A DNA stretch of 64,000 nucleotides. It comes from Eledone cirrhosa. Its lineage: Eukaryota. Positions within the stretch are counted from its first letter, which is position 1. The number at the start of each line of letters is the position of its first letter. Location of the stretch: positions 46,686,001 through 46,750,000 of the forward strand of contig OZ024746.1 of the NCBI GenBank assembly GCA_964016885.1, given 5' to 3'. Position numbers and translations under genes: made by a program. The notes beneath the pieces are model-generated. The model saw only the letters and a program-made list of their open reading frames with translations, searched no databases and was not told the origin of the DNA. Shown here in pieces: positions 13,316-29,543 of the stretch.

Positions 13316-14881
13316 GAACTGGGCCTCCTACTTAGACTAACCTACGACACTGACTACCTAGACAGCCATGACCTTAGATGTTTCTGCCCTAGTAGACCTA
13401 TAAGAGGTAGACCCCCCACCATAACCTCAATGGCTAAAAAGACTCCCATAGGAAGGTGGATTGGGTGGACCAAAGCTATACGGACCCCCCAAAACACTGA
13501 TCAGGTAAGAAAAATGGTCGCACATGCAATAGGGGCTAGTATCAAAACTACCCTAAAGGGCCACATATTTAAGTTCAATGAGAAAATCTACACCCAAAAT
13601 GAGGGAGCAGCCATCGGCGTCAGCATAGCTGGCGATGTTGCCAACCTTTTCATGGTATGGTGGGAAAGGAGACTTAAAGATCTCCTTAATGAAAGCTCCA
13701 TAGACCTCATCATGTACTCTCGTTATGTAGACGATATCAATATAGTTATAAGAACACCCCCACTAGAGAGCACTAACAAGTTTGATTTAGAACGTAGCTC
13801 GATGGAAAGCATCCAGCAGATAGCTAATTCCATACACCAGAGTATAACTGTAACTATAGACTTCCCTTCCAAACACCCTAACAATAGACTACCTGTATTA
13901 GACACAGAACTCTGGATTAACACTATAGACGAGAGAGCCCAAATTCTCCACTCACACTATGCTAAACCCATGGCCTCCAAATACCTGATACTCAAAAACT
14001 CAGCAATGTCCAGTAGTGCTAAGTTTAATATTCTGATCGCAGATTTGGTACGAGTGATGAAGAATGTGTCCAGCATGTGCGACCCAACAGAAATGGAAGG
14101 ACACATCCAACACTTCATCAACCGCATGCAGTTCTCTGGCTACAACCAAAGAGACAGAGTCAGAGTATACGAAGGAGCCATGGAAAAGTATAAGACCCTC
14201 ATAGAACTGGACATGAAAGGAATTTGTCCACTATACAGGAGCAAATCATGGAATAGCTTAGATAGGGCTAGACATAAGATAGGGAAGGCCACATCATGGT
14301 ACGACAACCAGAGATATCAGAGTGTCATGTTTGTGGACGCCACCCCTGGAGGGAAATTAGCTAACCAGTGTAGAAAGGCCCTGAGAAAGACCCACTTAAA
14401 AATAAAGGTGGTAGAAAAGCCAGGAACCACCATAAAATCCCTGATCAGCAAAACCTACCCTTTTAAGAAAACCCACTGTACCAATAGGAAATGTATCATA
14501 TGTAAGGTGAACCCCCGGATAAACTGTAAAACTAGAAACGTAGTCTATAGCATAAGATGTACAGAGGGTACTTGCAGAAACACGACAACAACATACATAG
14601 GTGAGACAGCTCGTAGCATAGGTGAAAGGATAGACCAACACTGGGGGGAACTAAAAGGACGAAAAAACGGGTCAGTACTATACGAACATGCTAGACAACA
14701 TCATGACGGTAACATAGACAACATAGAAATTAGAATAATATCTAAACATAGGAATGACCCAGCAGATAGGCAAATCAGAGAGGCCAGTGAAATAGAAATT
14801 AGAAGACCAAAGCTAAACAGAAAGAATGAGTGGAACAACAACAACACCCAAACAAACAACACTGACCTAAGAGAAGTATAA
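13313..14881 (+). pseudogene. Inverted 5'-truncated PLE ORF copy (C-terminal half of RT + GIY-YIG)
   Basis: 483-aa ORF 13430-14881 matches the full-length ORF C-terminus apart from one T>S change noticed. Confidence 0.93.
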
Positions 14882-15144
14882 ATAAATAAGTAAATTAAAT
14901 TAAATAAAATAAGATAAATAAATACATACACAAGCACATAAACACACACTAGTCACCCAGCAGACAACACTATACACACTAGTCACACATCACACATAAC
15001 ACTATACACACACGCAAACGCATGCGCAAAGAAGACAAAATAAAATAAGATAAACAAACAAGCAAATAAATAAATAAATATATAGACAGACTGAACAAAA
15101 AAAATGGCGTAGACATACAACACAACAGGAGGAACAATGAATAT

Positions 15145-15190
15145 AACACCACTGACGATGTTGCAGATGTGCAACGAAAGATTTATGTAA
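15145..15190 (+). ncRNA. pLTR hammerhead-like motif, plus-strand copy
   Basis: CTGACGA 15152-15158, GAAA 15176-15179, putative cleavage after A15185, about 190 nt upstream of the ATG at 15375. Confidence 0.6.
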
Positions 15191-15399
15191 ACTATATATA
15201 TATGTGTTTGTCTATATTGTATCTGTATTATTTTTGACCGCCGGTCAGTCAATGGCAACATTGAGGACCGAGTAAGTTAGATCGCAGATATATATATATA
15301 AAAGACAGCGAGAAGCGAAAACCAACCAAACAGTGAGTGTGTTCTGTTATTAATTCTGGCAATATTACGCAAATATGACCCTCCCCAAATATAACAATA

Positions 15400-15446
15400 T
15401 ATATACATATATATATACATATATATATATATACATATATATATAC

Positions 15447-15491
<45 letters not shown>

Positions 15492-15498
15492 TATATAC

Positions 15499-15547
<49 letters not shown>

Positions 15548-15584
15548 CATATATATATACATATATATATACATATATATATAA

Positions 15585-15649
<65 letters not shown>

Positions 15650-15680
15650 TATATACATATATATATACATATATATATAC
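15400..15680. repeat. (TA)n/CA microsatellite
   Basis: Directly visible. Confidence 0.95.
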
Positions 15681-15682
15681 AC

Positions 15683-15944
15683 AGTAGCCATGGGCACAAG
15701 AATGGGCCCGAAATATGCCAACCTTTTTGTTGGCCATGCTGAGGCCCAAATCTTTGCCCAGTACACCGGCCCCACGCCCGAACTGTACGGTCGTTACATT
15801 GACGACTGTATCGGAGCCACGACCCTCACCCGAGTACAGCTCGACTCCTTTCTCTCCTTCTTCTGCTCCTTCCACCCCTCCCTCCACTTCACCACCTCTA
15901 TCTCCACCACCCACGTCCACTTCTTGGACATCTCCGTCCACAGC

Positions 15945-15945
<1 letters not shown>
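15683..15945 (+). pseudogene. RT fragment of a different PLE family
   Basis: [16 protein letters not shown]...YGRYIDD...[10 protein letters not shown]...VHFLDI are typical PLE RT motifs. Confidence 0.85.
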
Positions 15946-17896
<1,951 letters not shown>

Positions 17897-17898
<2 letters not shown>

Positions 17899-18082
17899 GT
17901 TTCTACTTTTGGCACAAGGCCATCAATTATCCCAGTGCATTACTGGTACTTTATTTTATCGACCTCGTAAGGATGAAAGGCAAAGTCACCTCGGCGGGAT
18001 TTGAACTCAGATCGTAAAGGGACGTAACTATGCTGGAAAGCATGGTGTCTGACCCTCTACCGATACTGCCAATCCACCGAAC
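17897..18082 (-). mobile_element. tRNA-derived SINE
   Basis: Minus-strand head GGTGGATTGGCAGTATCGG (A box) and GAGTTCAAATCCC (B box); central TGCCTTTCATCCTTACG.GGTCGATAAAATAAAGTACCAG; more than 10 copies in the window. Confidence 0.85.
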
Positions 18083-18515
18083 CAATAATATATTCTATAA
18101 AGATGTCAAAACAACAGATGGGAATCTAATTACTCACTGCCACCAAAAATTATCACTGCTATCAAAAAACCACTCCCTCAACTATTCTTCTAACAACTTC
18201 ACCCCTCTCTCCTAATATTCTCTATAAAAACCAAACAGGTCCTCAGTAATATTATTCTGATGAAATGACAGTAAATAATAACATTGAAATATTGATTGTC
18301 TGCATAATACTTTGTAGATAGCAGCTGTTTTCAGGTTATGTAACTGTTATAGAAACACGTGTCAATAAATTCCTTTCAACTAAACTGTATCCATTCAAAT
18401 CTTTCTATTTTTCTCCGGATTACTTTTGGAATTTCAACTGGAACCGTCGAGCAAACTCTACGTGAGCTGTCAATCTACTGTGTGTAATATTTATATTACA
18501 ACACAACGGAAAATA

Positions 18516-18580
<65 letters not shown>

Positions 18581-18693
18581 GCAAGCACTGAATATTGAAC
18601 TCAATATCTTTGATATCATGTTTAGTCTACATAAAAGGCAGTCGTTTGTATCGTATTTTTGATATTCATAATTAGGGACACTCTATTCTCTGC

Positions 18694-18756
<63 letters not shown>

Positions 18757-18758
<2 letters not shown>

Positions 18759-19225
18759 TATTAGTATTGGTGCTCTGAAATAGCGATGTGTGTTTAATTA
18801 AAAACATTTTGAAGACTATTCGCTATGAGTTTTAAAGTAGTGACTATGTCTCTTACTTATTTTCGGCTAAAACGAAGGGTGCGTGATCGACATACAGTAT
18901 ATTGCCAAATATACTATACATACATTCTTACATACATCGCTATTTCAGAGCACCAATACCTAATTTTTGCTGAACCGGCAAACTCTCTGTTTAATCAGCT
19001 CTTAAATATTACTAGAATTCTATAAGAATCCAGCTTCTATAATTTTTGGCGAAGACAAGGCATGTGTGGTCTTGATAAACGCCAGCAAGCGAGAAACAGA
19101 CTGTCGATCACTCTCCTTTTGTTTTAGCCAAAAATAAGTAAGTGATATAATCACTACTTTAAAACTCATAGCGAATGGTCTTCAAAATGTTTTTAATTAA
19201 ACATACGGTATATTGCCAAATATGC
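18757..19225. mobile_element. Diverged relative of the 310-bp unit: inverted partial arm (18757-18890) plus a ~311-bp monomer (18890-19222) with a degenerate hammerhead
   Basis: Shares ATCGCTATTTCAGAGCA, ACCGGCAA, ATTCTATAAG, ATAGCGA and GGTCTTCAAAATGTTT in the same order; GUGGUC-uugauaa-...-GAAACAG-A-CUGUC-GAUCAC at ~19066-19111. Confidence 0.8.
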
Positions 19226-19233
19226 ATTCATAT

Positions 19234-19279
<46 letters not shown>

Positions 19280-20282
19280 AGTGCCCTTATATTCTAAGTA
19301 GAATATGCATGGCTGCAGAAGTCTAATAATATGAAAACATGTCTTGTTTATGCAAGCTGGCTTTAATATCATATTTACCACAACATTTTATCAACTCAAC
19401 TATTCAGAATTATTTCTTTTGATTCGTGTTTGTAGACAGAGTGTGTTTACTTGGATAATCTCATATGAATGAATCTTTAGAGTATTTGAATTTAATAAGG
19501 AGGATGCTTTTTCAACCTTAATCTATCCAAATTGAGGTTCATTTGTTTGTTTTGCTTTGTAAATACACTCTTCGAATAATCTCAAAGCTATATATTTCTT
19601 TCTAAGATCCAATAGGTGATGTCGAGAGTTGCTTTTACATGAATCTTAATCATAAATTATTGATTAATAAAGTAAGCACATGCTTAATGTAGAGGAGGGT
19701 CAGTACTTGACTAGCACTATATTTTATCAAACTCAAAATGACGAGAGGTTAAATTGAGTTCAGTGAGAATGGAAGTCGATTCCTGAAGGTCAACTAACTA
19801 AATGCCGCAAAACATTTTGTTTGACGTTTCATCGCCCTTCCAAACTATAACATATTGATAAACTTACAGGGAGCGAATTATATAGATTATCGACAGCAAT
19901 ATTTTACTAGTCTTATATACACAATCCGGATTCAAAGTCAATACCGAGCTCTGGTGTTTCGTGTATGGCATGTTGTTGTTATTGTTGGTGGTGTTGGTAG
20001 TGGGTTTTACTATTTGCAAATAAAGACAGTAATTAACTCGAAATATCAGAGTCATGTATATTGGAAACTTAAAAAGGCTATATCTATCATTTCGTCAGTG
20101 ACTTTGTGCAAGAAATCCAGACATTAGTTCCAATTTGTTATATAGCACCTAATATGTTAAGAACGAAGTCCAAAATATGAAGGTAGGTTGAAATGTTCAT
20201 AGGATGACTATGAATGAGTGATGCGAGAGCTATGAAATCTTGCATGCATTAATTTCAACTCTTCATATTAGTAACTGTATTG

Positions 20283-20710
20283 AGGGTGGTGGTTTGGCAG
20301 TATCAGTCGAGAGTCGGACGTCATGCTTTGCAGCATAGAATTACGGTCCTTTACGGTCTGAGTTCAAATCCAGCCGAGGTTAACTTTACCTTTCATCCTT
20401 ACGGGATCGATAAAATAATTGTTTCTACTTTTTGGCACAAGGCCAGCAATTACCCACTGCATTACTGGTACTTTATTTTATCGACCCCGTAAGGATGAAA
20501 GGCAAAGTCAACCTCAGCGGGATTTGAACTCAGATCGTTAAGGGACGTAACTATGCTGGAAAGCATGGCATCCGACCCTCTACCGATACTGCCAATCCAC
20601 CGCCTAAATCCACCGATAAAATAATGCCCCAGTAACGTACTGCGGTAGATTTAATCCACTTTCCCCTGCCCCCAAATTACTAGCCTTGTGCCTATACTAG
20701 AAATCATATT
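20283..20710. mobile_element. Plus-strand SINE (20283-20418, continuing ~20610-20710) interrupted by a minus-strand SINE of the same family (20419-20604)
   Basis: Same family motifs; CGATAAAATAAT occurs on both sides of the inner copy. Confidence 0.78.
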
Positions 20711-23700
20711 AATAACTGTATTTGTTCCTTCCAGGGACTATGTTGAAAAATAAACCTCATTTGGTCATTTCATGAGAGTATCTTTGTCAGCCTATGAGCT
20801 TTTCAGGCGACACTTGTATATTTGTGACTGAACAGAAAAGTCGCAGTATGGCTGCAGCCTGGCCGCAGCCAAATTGCTCAGTGAAGTGTTATCCTATTAG
20901 AAATGAAACTCCATTGCAAACTCAGTCCATTTTCGACTTTATCATCATACCAATAACTGAAAACAATTTATTAACCAAATGTTTTATTGACGACATATTT
21001 ATTAAATATTCAGAACTTCATTTTGCATATTATAATTAGAACATTCAAAACGTCTGTAACAAAATGAAATGTTTCCTTCTTAATTATTTACAAATACTTT
21101 GCATAGAATGCTGTCTAATAATATACTTTATTACCATGATAATAATATATCCCAAATTTGATTTTTAAAGCGGACTACAAAATTTACATGAATAATCTTT
21201 TCTCATTTTCGCTTGAAAATTAGATTGAATCGAATCACTGCAAACAGCCTAATACAAATTGCAATTTTATTGCTCACTTTTGAAAGCTTTCTATTTGAGA
21301 ACTGTTAGCGGTATTTTTGTTTTAGGTTTTGACTGTTATGTAAAATGCTAAGTTACTTCTTCATTTTTTTTTCTGTATATGTTTTCTCTATAACGACCAT
21401 ATCAACACAAATCTGATTAAAAATCGCAAGACGTATTGGAAAATTTACAATTCTCTTCAGCATGATATGTTGTTATTAGTTATATATTAAAAGTCAAACA
21501 ATGTAGTGTTGATAATTATGTGCACAATCACTTCAAAAGAAAATATTTCTTGTACTCAACCAACCATCTCTTTAACATGATTGTGAAATAATGTATATAC
21601 TTAGGCATAACACATCACTCTTATTAGTAGCTTCTAATGTAGACATTGTAGTATTTGCATCTCCCGTGTAATTTACTTAACTGCAGTTTCTATACGTTAT
21701 AGCTTTTCTTTCAGTGTAGGTTTATTCATCACATGTAAAATATTAAATTCTATGAGAAGAATCATCTGTATGCAGGATAATGTGGATATGTATCGACTTC
21801 TTCCGACCGTTCTACACTGCCTGATGTTCTAGGAAGTTTATGCATATATTTAATGATTTAGTTACTTTCGAGACTCCTCAGGTAAGTAAACCTGGCCTGA
21901 ATGCTACCAACAGAGGGAGCGATATCCAAGGTATTATAGATACCTAAGGGACAGTGGAAGGTGTTAAACAGGACAAACGGGTTAAGTCCACCACTTCAAA
22001 GCAGACAGCGTCGCTCCGACTAGCCTCCAACCTGATTCCATCGTCCAACGTCTATTTACAAGGTTTTGTTCGATTCGAGATTATGGTAAAAGATAGTTGG
22101 CCAGTGTGTCACGTGATGGGATCGGATACGAATCCACGTAAATTCGAAATGTATTTCACCACACGAACGTGCCTACTTCATAGCTTGTACTCTACAAATT
22201 ACAGTTTTCGTACGGAGATCTATTAGAAAGGTGAGAAATCCGACAGATGTGTAGCCAAAAAGTAACCATTTGTCAATGAAGAAGGAAGTCAGCATCATCA
22301 ACTTTTAACCACAATAGTGTATGAGAGCAACCAACAACAACCTTTTAGCACGATACATTTTCGTCGTTATGGTTAATGGTTTAGTCAGGGGAAGAAAGGC
22401 AGTGCCAATAATACTTTTTAGGGCCTCAAGTGCTGGTGAGAGGAAGGGATGAAACCATATCCTTAAACTAAAGCTCTGCTCTAAATGTTTACAACAGTCT
22501 ATACTCAAAGGTGGTATAAACTTGATAATTAATCTCACTAATGTTCTACAAAATAATTGATCCTGGAACTATGCATCTTATTTATTTCATCAACCTCTCG
22601 GCTGAATTCAGGAAGAACCGTTTATTTAATTAGATTGGATATTCTTTAATTGTCGTATTAAATCAGTCCATACTTTTTTAAACCCTAAGCACTCTTATTG
22701 CAAACAATTTCAGGTTTTCATCACTCAACTGATCTTCTATGTTCATTTAAACATTCAGCTCCTTGGATGTTTTTTCCTGTAGCACATTTTTCTAATTTGC
22801 TATAATACGTTAATTAAAAACTAAATTGCTTTAGTTTAATTAAAATTTTAAAACCTTTTCTGCCTCCCAGAATACTCGCAAATGAGATTTTATCTGTCAG
22901 AACGCAGAATCATGAAGGCAAGTATAATACAGCCTCTTTAAACCAGAATTTCTTTGAACATTTCTTTTAGGTCAGCCAATTATGAAAATTAACACTTTAA
23001 AATTAAAACAAATCGTATGAATCTCCTTCCTCAAATTCTCAAACTTGTATTTCAGGAAAGCCTTTATTGATCATACAGGCAGAAAGCATGAAGAAAAAAT
23101 ATGCATTCCTTAAATTTAGTTCATGTTAGTGTAGTTCTTATAATTAACGTAACGTGCATATTGAAGTTAGCTGTTGTGCTTTTAATTTCGTTAAATTCTG
23201 AAGCATTTAAACCAGTTTCTTTTACCTTGCACTCCTTGCACTTTTATGACGTTTCTCAAACCATCTTGTACGTTATAGAATGCTTAGGCCTCTCGATGTA
23301 TTCCTAATTTGGCAAGCATGTTGTAGGTAGAATAGACCTAATGAGAGTTTCATAAAAATCAAAATAATGTTGCTTATCTTTCAGACAACGCCAAGATGGT
23401 ATTGCCTGAAGGGTGAGCAACACTAGCAGTTATACCTCTACTAGAGTAGGGTTTGGAACATTAGATGGGCTTCAACTGTGAGAATTTATTTATTAACATT
23501 GAACGCTTTTTCTCTTTTATCTAGTGTACGGAAACTGATGGCACTGCATTATATGTTATTCAAGTGTGCCGTCAGCTTAACTTTACTGTTTTCATTTGTT
23601 TTCCTCTAGTAAGGTTGACCTACAGTTGTGTATAATGAGGCAACGGCAAATGAATGCTACAAGAATCTGTCAGTGGAACTCCCACTGTCATCGCCTCCAT

Positions 23701-23789
23701 CTCTCTGGCGCTCCCCATCTCTCCGTATGGTGAGCAAATGGGGTCCCACGTGCTGGCCTCCCCACAGCCCCGGCGGACAGAATGGAGAA

Positions 23790-24000
23790 GGCGCTCCCCG
23801 GAGGATGGTGAGGGAGATGCGCTGGAAGAGCCATTCCAACTCTCGAGGCTCACACCTGCGGCTGGCCAGCTCAGTGCCTATGGTGGTGAGTAGGGAGGTA
23901 GCTCTAGGGTCGAGGACACCAGAAGTCGGAGAGCGATCGATACTTGGAGAGTTTGGCCTCCTCAGCCCGACGTGCAGCAGAACCATAGGAAAAATGTGAA
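23790..24000 (-). pseudogene. CRE-like non-LTR retrotransposon restriction-like endonuclease fragment
   Basis: GVLDPRATSLLTTIGTELASRRCEPRELEWLFQRISLTILRG resembles the CRE-clade C-terminal ...L.QR.S..I.RG motif. Confidence 0.65.
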
Positions 24001-25491
24001 GTTGTGACGTTTGTATTTTTCTCAAGAGAAACAAATTGGCTTAAAATAAAGTATTTCCCTATAGCAGATAATAAAATTATTTGTTTTTACCATTTATAAG
24101 GCTGTATTGAGAATAACATCTTATTTTTAGCATCAGCCCTGTGAAATTTTCTATGATACATGACATGATTTTCTACCCTTCTTCAAAGCTCAATTCTAAC
24201 CCACATTAAACTAATTATCACACATATGAGGTGATACAGTTAGAGAAAAACAATTTTATCACACACAAACGAAAGCTATTCGCTTGATTGACAAACAACA
24301 CCTCTTTGACATGCTGTAATCTCTGACTGTTAGTTTCTTTGATTCCTTCCTTTACTTCCCTCATTCCCCAACTCCTGAAGTTATACCATAGTCCCTCTCT
24401 ATCTATCTCTCAACCCCCATATCACACGCGTTTCATAGATCTTCTTTCCCAAAACTCCGATTCTTTAGAAATTCCTTTCACTGCTAATGTGTTTACTTAT
24501 TAAAGACACTGAAATTGAACATCATCTGCACCGAATCATTATCACAAGTTTACGAATGCCTTCAAAGGTACAGAGAACAACTAATCATTCCCAATAAATT
24601 AATAAACAAAACAGTCTGAGACTCTATTGCTTCTGTTACTAGACCTGCCTTGTATTGATAATATATTAATGTCTCTTTCTGTTCAAAGTCCTCCTCAAGC
24701 TCACTTTCATATAGCTGATAATGTTCAATCAAATCCTGTTTCCTGTGATACTGAACCAATTATATTGACGTTAGTTTTTTGGATATTAATCCTTTAGAAG
24801 TGTTATAAGAAATTAGAGCCAAAGGACAAGATGCACATAAATTGTTGATTGAATAGTTAAAACGATGGAACAAAAGCTGGTTGCCTCCGCGAAGACAATA
24901 TAGCAACGGAAATAAGAAACAGGAGGCAGTGACAAAATGCTAATGATAAGACCAATGATAACGATATTGAAGTCATTAATGATAATAATGATACTGAAAC
25001 AAGAAATGATTAAAAAAAAAGACTTGTTAAGAGATGTGGTTTATGAAGAAAGAAAAAATAAACGAAAGAAGCAAGTTAAATATATTATTAGTTTACCCGT
25101 TAGGATCAGAACACACATTACCACGATTTTGTTCGTCTTTCACTTCTACAGGATCTCTCTCTATTCGAGAAAGTGGACAACACCCTCTTCCTTTTTATTC
25201 TTGAGGAATTTTATATCCTTTTGAGATTTACTTTCTTTTATTCCACGAATGACTACTTTAGCGGTTTCCCCTATTTCATACTAATGTCACCATGTCACAA
25301 GATGAAGGGATAGTGATGCAGGTTGCAATGGCAGGGAAACTAAATATCCGATAGTTAGGTTCTAGAATTGATAATGAGATGACCTACTCCACCACATTCA
25401 CTTTCTAATGATACTCTGAAAACTTGGCCGTGACACTCTTGCCTATCCTAGAGGTTGAGACTTGTGTTGTTCTCGATATAGCCATCTCACT

Positions 25492-25627
25492 CGCTACTGT
25501 CATAATCGTTGACCCGTCAGGCACTCAGTGAGATGAATGCATCCTCTGCTATTTTCTGCGCTACTGTCATAATCGTTGGCCCGTCAGGCACTTAGTGAGA
25601 TGAATGCATCCTCTGCTATTTTCTGCC
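25492..25627 (+). repeat. ~67-bp tandem duplication
   Basis: CGCTACTGTCATAATCGTTG...TATTTTCTGC occurs twice. Confidence 0.85.
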
Positions 25628-26723
25628 ACTACACACTTCGTTTTTCTTTGTCGTCAATCTGCTGCAAGTGCAAGCAAATTCGATACAATCATATGTAAAA
25701 GCATTTACGATACTCCTCACCTGCTTGCATGATTCTGCAAAAGTGATTAAAAAGGAAAAACTGAAAACATTGTCAATAATTTTGACCGGGAATTTTGTGT
25801 TTTCTTCCCCATATACTGCAACACCAACCCGTAGGCAGCTGATGATCAGCTCTGACTGTCTTCATACTTCGTACTCAGTATTGAATATTAGAGACACGCT
25901 TCTATGTGCCCTGCTCACGTAGATGCATCCTGTCACACATCGGCTCATTCGTAATCATATAAAGACCCTCTCTATTTGTTGAAAAGAAGTGGAAGAATGC
26001 AACTTTTCTCTTCATTCTTTTTCTTCCATGCATCTAGTATTTCTTTTTATTTGTAAGGCTAGCAAAAATCTAACTGCTGCTGTTTGTTCTTTTAATAGTG
26101 TCATTCAAATTTGCGCTTTAATTAATATTTCTCTTGTGTTTATTAAATGTTTCTGGTTATAATCATGCCTATTTAATGGGTATATTTTTCTGTTTATCTT
26201 TTTGTTTAAACTTAGTTTTGAGCATCACAAATTCAGTGGCGAGGGGGCCATATATACTACTATGAAACTTGTGCTGTATATTTTGTGATTACAACTTCCT
26301 GATGCTACATCATGTATGGCCATATTGAACCATATAAACACAAAACGTTCACATCAAAATAATAGGGTAGACATTGTAATATTCCGAAATTTTCCTTTAT
26401 TCATGAAATAATCATGAAAGAAAACGTTTCTTATATTAAGTTATGTGGAATGTTCACAACAGCAATATCATATCATAAACAATAATACGATGAAGAAAAA
26501 GATGGAAAAGAAGTAAAGAGATAGAAGGAGAAAGAGTGGGGAGAATGTAGAGGGGAATAAGGAATACGTTCAGGATGTGAAACATAGCAACGTTTGATAT
26601 TGATTTATCATATTTCATATTGAGAACGTCGAGAAATGAAAACAGAAAACGAAACCTATTTTACTATTTTGGTGAGCAAAATATAGAATAAATATCAGTC
26701 TGCATAAAACCAATCAAACCAAA

Positions 26724-26775
<52 letters not shown>

Positions 26776-26788
26776 GAAAGGTATAGAA

Positions 26789-26840
<52 letters not shown>

Positions 26841-26845
<5 letters not shown>

Positions 26846-27360
26846 TTTTGTGAGGTTTTTGATATGAAATCGTGTGTCGAAACAAATATTGTTATACTTG
26901 GAGAGGGTCATATTTGCGTAATAATATTGCCAGAATTAATAACAGAACACACTCACTGTTTGGTTCGTTTCGGCTTCTGTGTCTTTTATATCGGTTAATT
27001 TAATTTATTCGGTCCTCAATGTTGCCATTGACTGACCAACGGTCAAAAATACAGATACAATATAGACACAAACGATGGCGTAGGCATACAATGCAACGGG
27101 AGGAAACATAATAGCACCACTGACGATGTTGCAGATGTGCAACGAAAGAACGTTGATAGACTATATATATGTGTTTGTGTCTATATTGCATCTGTATTTT
27201 TGACCGTTGGTCAGTCAATGGTAACATTGAGGACCGAATAAATTAAATTAACCGATATAAAAGACACAGAAGCGAAAACCAACCAAACAGTGAGTGTGTT
27301 CTATTATTAATTCTGGCAATATTATTACACAAATATGACCCTCCCCAAGTATAACAATAT
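26841..27360. mobile_element. Inverted pair of pLTR fragments related to the intact PLE
   Basis: Clear similarity to 8126-8460; [19 protein letters not shown] start; hammerhead-like core at ~27120-27155 with a non-canonical triplet. Confidence 0.88.
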
Positions 27361-27375
27361 ATATATATATACATG

Positions 27376-27450
<75 letters not shown>

Positions 27451-28033
27451 TTATTTACATTGACGATTGATATCGTGGGACATTCACTGTAATCAGTTCT
27501 TGATTTTGATACAATCTACTTCACTTCACTTTTGTTGCTAAGACTTTTGAACAAAGTCATGAATTTTTGCGACTCCTTCCGCGCTTCTATTCCCTAGAAA
27601 TTATACGGTTTTGTCACAGTAGATTGAGTTAAATGCGTTGACCAACCTCAAAATGTATAGCTGAAGATAAGATAGGAAAACTATCAATTAGGCGATTTAC
27701 TAATGTATTATCCGTTTCACAACATTCTCTACAAGGACACCTTGTTTACAGCTAGATCGACAGTAACCCTAGTTATTGTGTGTTTTTATGGTTCCGAAAA
27801 CTGAATCCTAGTGATTAAATGTGGAACATTTTTCCAATAGTCAACCGGCGTAGCTTGCTGAGAATTTTCTTGTATCATCTTACATAATTTGAACAAATCA
27901 AATAATTTCATTTTTCAGGGCTAATAGGAAAGGATCAATTCGTTTTCTTTATTATGAATTAAGATCCGGTATGCAACCATGTAGTAAGATTAGATTTTCA
28001 CAGTTCATGACACTGAGATACTTGTAAATATAA

Positions 28034-28160
28034 TTGTTTCTACTTTTGGCACAAGGCCAGCAATTATCCAGTACATTACTGGTACTTTATTTTATCGATC
28101 CCGTAAGGATGAAAGGCAAAGTTAACCCCGATGGACGGGATTTGAACTCAGACCGTAAAG
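28034..28160 (-). mobile_element. SINE, truncated
   Basis: Family motifs as at 17897. Confidence 0.8.
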
Positions 28161-29543
28161 AGATATTGTAAATATAATGTTGGTTTGACGTTCGGTTACC
28201 AGCCTAGGCTTCGATGCTCATCAGGCGGAAGTGGGCAAACTGTCAAAGTATCAGCCGCTCTCTGATAGATGTTTGGTCGAGCCTGTGACAGTGGAGCCTT
28301 CCGGTGTTTCTGAATTGAAATCAGATGTATTCTGCCTGACGAAACCTTAACGATGATTTTAAAGCATTCGCCACACGCATAAATGCGCACATATAGATGC
28401 ACTCATATATGGGTACGTACGTACATACATACATGGACATACACATACGCACACACATATGTATAGAGGTATGTTTGTGTATGTACTAGGGATCAGGTTT
28501 CTTAATTCAGTTAAAGAGTTCAATGCATACTCTTAGAAACACAAAACTATTTTCAGTGGAAGATTACAAATTTAATAGTTATTTTTTGTTATCAAATTTA
28601 CGTATCCCTGAAACCGTACAACTGAAAGCTTATTAAAGTGATTTATATTGTGTAATAATAATAAATTTGAAGACTAAAATCGAAAGAGGACTCGATAAGG
28701 ATAAATATATATCAAATATATAAGAACCCTAGAGCAAATATTTATTAAAATAACAGAAGTTTCAGAAGATCCCGTTAAGGGTGAAAGCAGCGATTCTTTG
28801 CTTAAACTTTAATCTGTTATTTTAATAAATATATATATATATATAATGAAGAGAACCAAAGTTACCAAATTAAATCCATTTTATTAAAGTGATATAAAAA
28901 TGTATTTAATTTGATAACCTTGGCTCTCTTCATTTTAAATATTTATGCTCTACTACCCTTACAGTCCTCAACAGTGAGAACGTTAATCTTATGAAAAGTA
29001 TTTCAATTGATTTGAATATCTTATATGCATTAAGCTTTTCTCACCTTAATAAATGTAATAGTGGAACACTCCCTCATATTCGCTTTAAAAAAACACACAC
29101 ACACACACGCACGCACGCGCATACATACATACATACATACATACATACAGACAGACAGACAGACATACATAGTCAACGCGATTAGTCGCATATTTTGGCG
29201 TGGGAGACTATTTATTAAATTTAAGATGAATACTATCTCCGACAGTAATGCCACAACTACAGCCAGGTTGAATAACTGGTTGTTCTTCTAACTATCCCTT
29301 CTGAAGACACCTTTTATTCGAATTCGTAGAGATATCCGACTAAATACATAATTCATTTTATAAGGATTTGCTACAAACAGCATGGCTGAACACAACATCA
29401 AGAAAATTAAGGAAGTATAGAAGGCAAATAACAAAGAAGGTAATCAAACTTTATTCAGTTGTAGCTATAGAAGAAACCGAAATTATAAATCGTATTTCTC
29501 TTGGAGTTGCGAACTTAATAATGATCTATTTAATTGTTATAAA

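Noticed and set aside
23628-23999. GC-rich plus-strand ORF as a possible host exon
   Set aside because: The minus strand gives a CRE-like endonuclease motif, so a retroelement remnant is more likely
28185-28350. CTGATGAG (minus) and CTGACGA (plus) cores
   Set aside because: No valid GAAA plus pairing stem I found
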